DNA from: an uncultured virus (IMG/VR IMGVR_UViG_3300020048_000098)
Taxonomy: Duplodnaviria; Heunggongvirae; Uroviricota; Caudoviricetes
Strand: one strand, 5' to 3'
Virus record (IMG/VR): IMGVR_UViG_3300020048_000098
Location: 55,005 to 75,004 of that record
DNA length: 20,000 bases
The notes beneath the pieces were generated by a model that saw only the letters and a list, made by a program, of their open reading frames with translations, had not been told where the DNA came from and did not search any database. Below, piece by piece: positions 8,993 to 16,265 of the stretch; the stretch's first letter is position 1, and each line of letters begins with the position of its first letter. The position numbers were made by a program, and so were the translations under genes.

Positions 8993-9722
8993 ATCCTGTA
9001 ATATCTTGAATACATGTTTTTAGAGTACCCCAATCTTTTTTGTAGGAATGAAGAGAAGTGATGTTATGGTATAGAAATCCGGGTTCTAACCTCGCACGTT
9101 GTGCAACGTACTTCATAAGTTCGAATGCTAACCATACATCATTCCCAAAGTGCACTACTACATCTGCACTCCTTTGATTGTAAATAATATGTAATCTACC
9201 GTTTCTTGCTAAGAATTGGTAGTATACCGAGCAGGGTACTCTTTTCTTACCCCCGATAGTAAGGATATCTGTTCTATCCCATACAGATAGTATACATTGC
9301 CTTGAATCTGGGTTACGTTTTAATTCGCATACGATATTTTGAAGGAATACTGGAGCATACATACGTTCACTGTAAGTATAATCCTGTTTACCATCTACCA
9401 AGAATTGTTCCCATAGTTCAGGTCTTATTTTCCAAGCTTCACCTGGGTTAGAAGGTATATTACTTACTCTTTCCTGGAATTCTGCTTTTACCCATTCTTC
9501 AGAACGTTTATCGGCTTTAAATAAATATTCTTCCTTATCTCTACTTTGTAGGCAGTAAGAATAATTTATAATTTCCTTNNNNNNNNNNTCCTTAGTGATG
9601 TAGTCATCATTGCCTTCAATCACTTTATTTTGCATTGACTTGGGTTTTACTATTTGGCCCATTTCATAAACTTCTCTGAAAGCCTCAGACATAAGTTCGT
9701 AGCAGTTCTCATATATCCTCAT
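8976..9722 (-). CDS. Thymidylate-synthase-fold enzyme 1, dCMP hydroxymethylase (T4 gp42)-like
   Basis: YTYSERM, NPDSRQCILSVWD, catalytic PCS, QFLAR, QRSADVVVHFGNDVW (compare T4 gp42 RSNDVVFGFRNDYAW) and SLHSY. Contains a 10-N assembly gap at 9579-9588. Confidence 0.85.
   Translation of the reverse strand: MRIYENCYELMSEAFREVYEMGQIVKPKSMQNKVIEGNDDYITKXXXXKEIINYSYCLQSRDKEEYLFKADKRSEEWVKAEFQERVSNIPSNPGEAWKIRPELWEQFLVDGKQDYTYSERMYAPVFLQNIVCELKRNPDSRQCILSVWDRTDILTIGGKKRVPCSVYYQFLARNGRLHIIYNQRSADVVVHFGNDVWLAFELMKYVAQRARLEPGFLYHNITSLHSYKKDWGTLKTCIQDITGYEPAE
9579..9588. other. Assembly scaffold gap (10 N) with 5-nt duplicated flank
   Basis: TCCTT occurs on both sides of the N run; collapsing it restores in-frame YITKEIINY. 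Confidence 0.85.
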
Positions 9723-9770
9723 AAGGTATTTGTTTTAGTTAATATATAATAGAATCTAGTTTATTTATAG

Positions 9771-10547
9771 TTAAACACTTAAGTAACAGTCTTTTGCTAC
9801 GAAATCTTTCACTGGAAACTTATCTGCCTGCAATCTTTTAACTGCCCGCAAGTGAACTTTATACTTGATAGTAGCCGGGTCCACATGTTTGAAGTGTTTC
9901 AGGGTATCAACTACCTTCTTTTGAAAAGGTAGCATCTCGGATTTAGTATCTATGATTTTACGGATTTTCTTATGGTTATTATACATGGCACTGAACTCAG
10001 CAGTGGTATAAATATTACCGCAGAATAGTTGTAAACCAAAAGCCTTTTCCCCATAAACATATTCTCCCATTCTTTGGAGTAATAATAGGTCTACTGCCAA
10101 TCTCTTTACTACTTCCGAAGAACGTAGGTTGAATAACAGTACAGGTGCTATACCTGATGGCCTCCTTAAGAAAGTACAGCTTAATAAACACCCTTTACCC
10201 GAACCATGGGAGTTAGAGAAATTAAAGGATATATTATATTGTTTGCTGTTCTTCATTTCCCGGGATAAGATTTCGCTTTTTACCAAGTCAAGGTAGTCCA
10301 GGTTTATGTAGTTACTTACTAGGGATTTCCATTTAGTAGGGGTATATCCAAAGAGTTTACCGAAGTTAAAGTCAGGACTTAACCAGGCACGGTGTATATC
10401 AACGAAGTGATTATATGAAACAAGTTGGGAGCCTGTACGTAGGCCCCCCCTTTGCAATATCTCCGTTTCATGTTGCATAAAGTATTCGTTGATACCTTCC
10501 CAACATTCTTGTGAACTCCCGTAGGAGTGGGTTTTTACTAAGTCCAT
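9771..10547 (-). CDS. Thymidylate-synthase-fold protein 2, divergent
   Basis: GKGCLLSCTF then LFNLRSSEVVKRLAVDL reproduces the Cys...RSxD/E-x7-N/D spacing of the TS fold. It lacks a recognisable H-x-Y motif (FCGNIY) and is adjacent to TS-fold gene 1. Confidence 0.65.
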   Translation of the reverse strand: MDLVKTHSYGSSQECWEGINEYFMQHETEILQRGGLRTGSQLVSYNHFVDIHRAWLSPDFNFGKLFGYTPTKWKSLVSNYINLDYLDLVKSEILSREMKNSKQYNISFNFSNSHGSGKGCLLSCTFLRRPSGIAPVLLFNLRSSEVVKRLAVDLLLLQRMGEYVYGEKAFGLQLFCGNIYTTAEFSAMYNNHKKIRKIIDTKSEMLPFQKKVVDTLKHFKHVDPATIKYKVHLRAVKRLQADKFPVKDFVAKDCYLSV

Positions 10548-11185
10548 TAATACTTAGATTTAATTCTGAAGAAATTAACTCTGTTCTTTTTGTAGTATAG
10601 GTTTACCATCTCCAGTGGGTTTATTTGTAGATAAGCACACATTTTAAGGAAAGCTCTCCAAGATAGTTTTAGATTATCCCTGAAAGCAGTGGTATCCGTA
10701 ATCATCTGTGTTTGTTTCCAAGGTTTGTTTTTTAGGCAATTCCTTGCAATCATTAAATGGTAAGTAACTTGCCACATAACTTTAGAGATGTTACCAAGTT
10801 CCAATTCATTGGTATCAACTGGGTATTCCATTACCTTTAAATCATCTGGTTGTAATCCAGCATAGATAAGGGTTTCTAATAAAAAATGTAGAGCATCTGC
10901 CACTTCCTCAGTTGCATTACTCATGTGATTTAACCATTCTGTAGAACCCATATCTTCTGCCCCAGCCATGCAATAGGATTCGTAGGATTCCCCTAATTCT
11001 TCAACTACCCTGCCAATGAAATCCTTGAAGAGTACCTGGTTAGTTTTCATATCTGGATTAATTGGGTACTGAGGTAATCCCTCAATTGAAATGTAATGGT
11101 CAAGCAATTCTTTTTGCCAACCGAACAAAGCAACTATTGGGTTGCCTGTTATAACTGGTACTTCTTTAATGTCTCTTACGTCCAT
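10547..11185 (-). CDS. Dimeric (all-alpha) dUTPase / T4 gp56 dCTPase-like pyrophosphatase
   Basis: VEELGESYE, EEVADALHF, KNKPWK and C-terminal YYKKNRVNFFRIKSKY match the all-alpha dUTPase/dCTPase pattern. Confidence 0.82.
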   Translation of the reverse strand: MDVRDIKEVPVITGNPIVALFGWQKELLDHYISIEGLPQYPINPDMKTNQVLFKDFIGRVVEELGESYESYCMAGAEDMGSTEWLNHMSNATEEVADALHFLLETLIYAGLQPDDLKVMEYPVDTNELELGNISKVMWQVTYHLMIARNCLKNKPWKQTQMITDTTAFRDNLKLSWRAFLKMCAYLQINPLEMVNLYYKKNRVNFFRIKSKY

Positions 11186-11562
11186 TGGAATAGGGTTTTT
11201 ATTTGTTTAGTAGTGAATTGGTATTTCTTTTTAATCATTATCCTGATACGAGCATCAGATACACCCGCCTTCTGTTTTTTCTGGATAAACTTTTCTACTT
11301 CTAACCTTGCTTCTAATGCACCGGCATCTAAATCTTTGAAGGTTGCTTTCTTTTCTTCCCCTTTTCTAATCTTCTTCATGCTCTGGCTAAAAGCTATTGC
11401 ACATGCCTCAATATCCCCGCAGAGTTGGCACTCATGGGCATTTAAGTCATATTCCTTACCAAAGCAAGGGTCATCATCACCCCCGAGTTTAAGGAACTGC
11501 ATTGGTTTCATTAAATCTTCATCAGGTATACTGCTACTCCTGGATTCTCTAAACTTGCTCAT
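11176..11562 (-). CDS. Hypothetical protein with Cys cluster (putative zinc-binding)
   Basis: PCFG-x8-ECQLC-x5-C and a Lys-rich helical C-terminus; translationally packed with its neighbours. Confidence 0.6.
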   Translation of the reverse strand: MSKFRESRSSSIPDEDLMKPMQFLKLGGDDDPCFGKEYDLNAHECQLCGDIEACAIAFSQSMKKIRKGEEKKATFKDLDAGALEARLEVEKFIQKKQKAGVSDARIRIMIKKKYQFTTKQIKTLFQWT

Positions 11563-11563
11563 A

Positions 11564-12979
11564 TTAGAATTTTTTTATTACTTTGATTTGTTCATTCTTA
11601 TAATAGTTTACCCGATGTTTTGAGTGTCTTTGCAAATACTTCCCTGAGTCATAGATATCGTCAAGGTATATTCGGTTTTTAGTTTCTGATGTTCTAAGTC
11701 CTCTTCCGAGTACCTGCAGAACGTTTGCAGCAGAGTCTCCCCCTCCGGCATTACAGATGTATTTAATTAAAGGCATATTCTGACCTCTCTTAATAATCAT
11801 TGAGGTAATCAGTACATCTAGTTTACCTTTCCTGAATTTCTCTATAATCTTTGCTCTGTCTTTTACTTCATGGTGTATGAACTTGCAGGATATTTTGTTT
11901 TCTGCTAGTTTATCTTTCATGAACTTATATAGATTTTCTACGTGTTCATGGAATATTGCAACTACGAGCATCGGTTTTCTGCCATGCTTTAAATTGAATA
12001 TAACTCTTTCATAAACTATTTGGTGTCTATCTTCATTTAGAGTTATATTATACCGGTACTCGGTAGGATAATCTGGGTAAGAAGGTCGGTTTGGTGCTTG
12101 TATTATCTTAATAATGGGCTTGGTTGAAATGCCCATATCGATTAGTTCATGGTTTTTTATTATGAATACCTCATACCCCATGAAGGAATGTAATTCTAGG
12201 TGTTTTAATTCATCCTTCTTTAACTTACTCATAAATACAGTACCTGATAATCCTACTCTGATGGGTGCATTGTATAAAGCCTCTATACATTTCCTATACG
12301 TTTTAGAAGTACCTAAGTCACATTCATCAATAATTACGGTAGAAACATCATTTAATTCCTCCCGGTACCTTTGTAGGTTATTTATAAGTGTTTGAACCAT
12401 CACTACATTAATCTTGGAACCCCAACGAATATCCTTGCCTTTCATACAACCCCATTCCCCGTCTGCAAATACTTTGGGCATATCTTTTATGAACTGGTCA
12501 TATAGGGCTGTGTTATTAAGTAGGATTATACTTACGTTATCCCGGAATGATAAGTGTACACCAAATAACATATAGGTTTTACCCGCATTAGTTGCTGCAT
12601 TAATTACCCCTACGGGAAACTCAACCTCCCCTACGGTATTTTCTACCAGGGCTTTTACTGCTTCATATTGATAACCTCTTAAGGAAGTACCTGAAACTTC
12701 TTCTGGTACTCCTATATAAGTAGGTAGTACCCGTAAGTCCCTTAACTCCCAACTATACCCCAGTTCTTCTATCTTTGCTACTACTGCGGGGAATAAACCG
12801 GTTTTGAAGTATGCTGCTTCGGTTATGTAGTATACGCAACCATCCCACCCTTTCGGCATGTGAGACCTGATGTGAAAAGCGTTTGGGTGTTTTACCTTTA
12901 GTTCATTCCTAATCTTATTAAGCTTAACTAATTCTCCTTCCAACTTACCCTTGTTGTTGTTTAATACAATTCTTATCAT
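11564..12979 (-). CDS. SF2 DExD helicase (UvsW/Hef-like)
   Basis: Q-motif LRGYQ, Walker A AATNAGKT, DECD, motif III GLSGT and motif VI QVLGRGLR. Confidence 0.92.
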   Translation of the reverse strand: MIRIVLNNNKGKLEGELVKLNKIRNELKVKHPNAFHIRSHMPKGWDGCVYYITEAAYFKTGLFPAVVAKIEELGYSWELRDLRVLPTYIGVPEEVSGTSLRGYQYEAVKALVENTVGEVEFPVGVINAATNAGKTYMLFGVHLSFRDNVSIILLNNTALYDQFIKDMPKVFADGEWGCMKGKDIRWGSKINVVMVQTLINNLQRYREELNDVSTVIIDECDLGTSKTYRKCIEALYNAPIRVGLSGTVFMSKLKKDELKHLELHSFMGYEVFIIKNHELIDMGISTKPIIKIIQAPNRPSYPDYPTEYRYNITLNEDRHQIVYERVIFNLKHGRKPMLVVAIFHEHVENLYKFMKDKLAENKISCKFIHHEVKDRAKIIEKFRKGKLDVLITSMIIKRGQNMPLIKYICNAGGGDSAANVLQVLGRGLRTSETKNRIYLDDIYDSGKYLQRHSKHRVNYYKNEQIKVIKKF

Positions 12980-13794
12980 AGGTTCTTTAAGTTTTTTAAT
13001 CCTACTTTCTTAGTTTCACAGCCCTTTAAGTTTTTCTCGTATAGGTATTTATTCAACCTTTGGATTGCTCTTTCATTTGTTAGTTGTCCGGGTTCCGGTA
13101 ATCCCTCCTTGTATTCTAATCCTGCAAACTGAGCTCGGATATAGATTTTAACTGATACCCTTAACTTCCTGCAGGTTTCTGCCACCCTTTTGAAGTGTAT
13201 CATCTTGGTTGGGTCATTCTCTAAACCCATTGAGATACCTGTTCTTTCCAATACCTTGGTATTATATACATGGTATGCTTCCTCGGTTTCAGAGCGGTGT
13301 TCATCTTTCATTAATTCATAGGTGCATTCAAAACAGGAATTAATATACCCAGCTAAACTCTTTAAAGTGCTTAGGTTGAAATTCCTCATCTTACCCAATC
13401 CTATTGTTATGTATTTAATGTAACCTTCCCTCTTCTCTAATTCAAAGGCATTACAAAATTCATTTGCAAGTTCTACCACTTCCTTTAAAATCAACCAATC
13501 CTTACTTGAGGGTTTGATTTGTTGTATACCCCTATGTTTGAGTTGTCTTCTAGTGTTTAAAAGCAAATTAGCAAATAAATCAGTATCTGATATGGTGGCA
13601 GATGCTACTTTAGTTGCTTTCTCTTCCATTTTCTTATTATCAACCCTGATACCCCTATTGGAACAGGACTTATGTTTTATCAACCTCATAATCATTGCAC
13701 AGTATTCGTATGTAGATTCACTACCATCTACTGCTACATTGTCGAATGCCCATTCTAAGTCTGATAATTTTACGTGTATGCTTGGGTCTCTCAT
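12976..13794 (-). CDS. Hypothetical replication-cluster protein
   Basis: 272 aa ORF with 4-bp ATGA overlaps to both neighbours (primase and SF2 helicase); no recognisable motif. Confidence 0.7.
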   Translation of the reverse strand: MRDPSIHVKLSDLEWAFDNVAVDGSESTYEYCAMIMRLIKHKSCSNRGIRVDNKKMEEKATKVASATISDTDLFANLLLNTRRQLKHRGIQQIKPSSKDWLILKEVVELANEFCNAFELEKREGYIKYITIGLGKMRNFNLSTLKSLAGYINSCFECTYELMKDEHRSETEEAYHVYNTKVLERTGISMGLENDPTKMIHFKRVAETCRKLRVSVKIYIRAQFAGLEYKEGLPEPGQLTNERAIQRLNKYLYEKNLKGCETKKVGLKNLKNL

Positions 13795-14729
13795 TTCCTA
13801 AGTTTTAAAATGTCTGTATAGGATAAATATCTATTTTTCCTGCATATATTTATAGTTTTCTTCTTACCGTAGGAGTTAACATCTTCTTCACCGGGTAAGC
13901 ATATTACTTTGACTTTCTTATAGGGTTGTAGGAATAATGCCATTGATATAGCTTTATCCTGAGCATCTGGGTCAAGTATTATTATAAAGTTTTCTACGGG
14001 GGATTTAACCAGCATTGATAGCTGTGCATTAGAAAAGGACTTACCCCCTCCCGCTATAGCAGCATCCCCGATTGTACGGGCATTAAGTACTGATTCAACT
14101 ATGTAAACTGTTTTGTAAATGGCAAGGGCATCAAAGTTATATATTACCAGTGACTTCCCTATATTTACTTCCTCAATAGGTGGGTTATTAAATCTAGGGC
14201 CTGAACCCAGGAATAACCTTGCGTGGAAATATACCAGTTTATTTGCCATATAGAAAGGCATTATTATATACCCTTGGTATTTCCCAGAAGTACAATATCC
14301 AAAACCAGCTAGGGTCAAATCATCAATATCGAACCCACGCCCCTCCATATAGCTCCTAGCCGATATGCCCCATTGTGAATCTCCCATAGATAAAGGGGAG
14401 AAACTTTCGGGGAGTTCCGCATTAGCATTGTATACTAGGTCAGGTATATAATCCTTGTATTCTGCAGTTGATTCTATCCCGGCAAGTAAACTATAGTATT
14501 CTTGGTTTGAAGTGAATCCCTCAACCTCCATTATAGTTTTCTTAAGGTCAGGATAACCCCCACAGTAAAAGCAGTTAGCCCGGTTCATCCCAATATGGAC
14601 CCCGAACTTATCTTCTTTACCACAACGGGGACAGTTACCTTTTAACCATCCCCGTGTGTAATTACGCATACCTAGTCGTTTTATGAAGTAGGTATATACC
14701 TTATTTTTAGAGTCCCTTGTTAAACTCAT
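13791..14729 (-). CDS. DNA primase (zinc-binding domain + TOPRIM)
   Basis: CPRC...CFYC zinc ribbon, YMEGRGF, IIMPF, TOPRIM IVES...LDPDA and EDVN; adjacent to the DnaB-like helicase. Confidence 0.88.
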   Translation of the reverse strand: MSLTRDSKNKVYTYFIKRLGMRNYTRGWLKGNCPRCGKEDKFGVHIGMNRANCFYCGGYPDLKKTIMEVEGFTSNQEYYSLLAGIESTAEYKDYIPDLVYNANAELPESFSPLSMGDSQWGISARSYMEGRGFDIDDLTLAGFGYCTSGKYQGYIIMPFYMANKLVYFHARLFLGSGPRFNNPPIEEVNIGKSLVIYNFDALAIYKTVYIVESVLNARTIGDAAIAGGGKSFSNAQLSMLVKSPVENFIIILDPDAQDKAISMALFLQPYKKVKVICLPGEEDVNSYGKKKTINICRKNRYLSYTDILKLRK

Positions 14730-16102
14730 TCGTCATCTCCTATTTCCATTTGAGTTTGTGAGAACATCTTATCATACTCATGGCGTTGAGCCGGTTTCAT
14801 TTCCTCTATTCTTTGGCATTCTGCATCTACATAGAATACCCCCCTGCCCGTAGGTTTACCATCTCGTTGAACTATAAGTTCCATCCTTACTATACCTTCT
14901 TCCAATTCCTCCTCATTTGCATTTAAACCATAGATGGCATGTACGTGCCTAACTATATCAATACATTTGGCAATATCAGATTCCTTATACTTAGTTTTAC
15001 TGCGTTTTTCAGCATCCCTTACAACGTGATGGGCAGTCCATACATGTTCTATATCATTCCTCTCAGCTAAGTTGGCAACATCAATATAAGCATCTGATAT
15101 CCTTTCAGTATCATCTTGCTTACGAGATATAGAACCCATCTTACCCAAGTAGTCAATAACTAATACCTGTGTTTGGAATCCATGGTCCCTATATAGTTCA
15201 TCCATTACTGCTTGGATATCCATTGCATTTGAAAAAGCTGGTAACCTGCGTATTACTACTTCACCCCCTATTCGGCGGTATTTCCTTAAAATCTTTTGTA
15301 TGTACTTATCCTCTTTACCGGATAAAATTTCCTGTTTAGTGGATTTTGATAAACTTTGCTCGATACGTATTGCAATTTCTTCTTCTCCATTCTCTAAGTC
15401 AATATAGAGTACCTTCTTCTTAAGTTTCATATAACCCCTGGAAAGGTTTACTAACATTGCTGTTTTAAGTTTCTTTGGCCTATCCAATACTAACATGATA
15501 CTGTTCTTAGCATACCCCCCGGCATTGGTTAAAGCATTGATTTGTCTAAAGGGGGTAGGTATGATGTGAGACTCAGTTTGACGTTTCATTTGCCTATCCT
15601 TGATATCCTTTATTAAGAATGTCCCCTTTACAGTATCTTTATAAGTCCTTAAGTTTATTGCCTTTTGAACCTTTGCTGCAAATTCTGGGTAGGTTGCTAC
15701 ATTGTAGATATCTATGTTTTCTACCTGGTCCTTCATCTCAGTAAAGGAAGCAAAGTTTGCGCATTTATTAAATATCTCGTCAGAATCCTTTAAATGCTTA
15801 GCAAATAAGGTATCAACTAATTTAATAACATTCTTTTGGTCATCCCCAGTAAGTGACTCGATATATTCTCTTTGTTTGAACATATCATAGAGTTCCTCTT
15901 TTAATATGGTTTTCCCTGGAACTCTTTTATTCTTGTTATAGAATTCCTTTATTGCTGTGGCAATTACTGCATGTTCTAGAAGTGCAAAGTATGAATCTTT
16001 AAATAACTCAACCACTAAGTGCCCGTTTCTGTCTAGAACTGCATAGGATAATAAATCTTCTTGGTAATCTAACCCGTATTCAAATTTCGGTGTATCCCTC
16101 AT
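14726..16102 (-). CDS. Replicative DnaB-like (SF4) helicase
   Basis: IPTPF..IN..T..GG, Walker A-like DRPKKLKT, VLYIDLENG, Walker B VLVIDY, WTAHH and QRDG; next to primase. Confidence 0.85.
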   Translation of the reverse strand: MRDTPKFEYGLDYQEDLLSYAVLDRNGHLVVELFKDSYFALLEHAVIATAIKEFYNKNKRVPGKTILKEELYDMFKQREYIESLTGDDQKNVIKLVDTLFAKHLKDSDEIFNKCANFASFTEMKDQVENIDIYNVATYPEFAAKVQKAINLRTYKDTVKGTFLIKDIKDRQMKRQTESHIIPTPFRQINALTNAGGYAKNSIMLVLDRPKKLKTAMLVNLSRGYMKLKKKVLYIDLENGEEEIAIRIEQSLSKSTKQEILSGKEDKYIQKILRKYRRIGGEVVIRRLPAFSNAMDIQAVMDELYRDHGFQTQVLVIDYLGKMGSISRKQDDTERISDAYIDVANLAERNDIEHVWTAHHVVRDAEKRSKTKYKESDIAKCIDIVRHVHAIYGLNANEEELEEGIVRMELIVQRDGKPTGRGVFYVDAECQRIEEMKPAQRHEYDKMFSQTQMEIGDDE

Positions 16103-16192
16103 CTTGGTTAATTTTCTTTATATAGCATTTAAGTATAACACCCTGAATAGTAGTATTCTACTATCACGGGGTTATTTTGAGTTATTTTTCTG

Positions 16193-16225
16193 TTTGCAAT
16201 TTAATATATTATATATATATTTGCA
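16193..16225 (+). promoter_or_regulatory. Bacteroidota sigma-ABfr-type promoter (-33 TTTG / -7 TAnnTTTG)
   Basis: TTTG at 16193-16196, a 19-nt spacer, then TATATTTG at 16216-16223 followed by CA, about 40 nt upstream of the ATG at 16266. Confidence 0.8.
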
Positions 16226-16265
16226 TTTCAATTAAGAATTAAGAATCCTTCAACCCTTATTATTT

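Noticed and set aside
8976..9722. Calling this gene a canonical thyA
   Set aside because: The specificity position is Asp rather than Asn, and the motif context resembles T4 gp42 more than ThyA.
496..13801. Numerous plus-strand ORFs (e.g. 496-870, 1379-1711, 7150-7425, 11096-11623, 13514-13801)
   Set aside because: They are antisense shadows of well-supported minus-strand genes, with Phe/Ser/Leu-rich composition and no motifs.
16203..16221. (TA)n microsatellite
   Set aside because: It is short and forms the spacer and -7 element of the Bacteroidota-type promoter; there is no evidence of a variable repeat.
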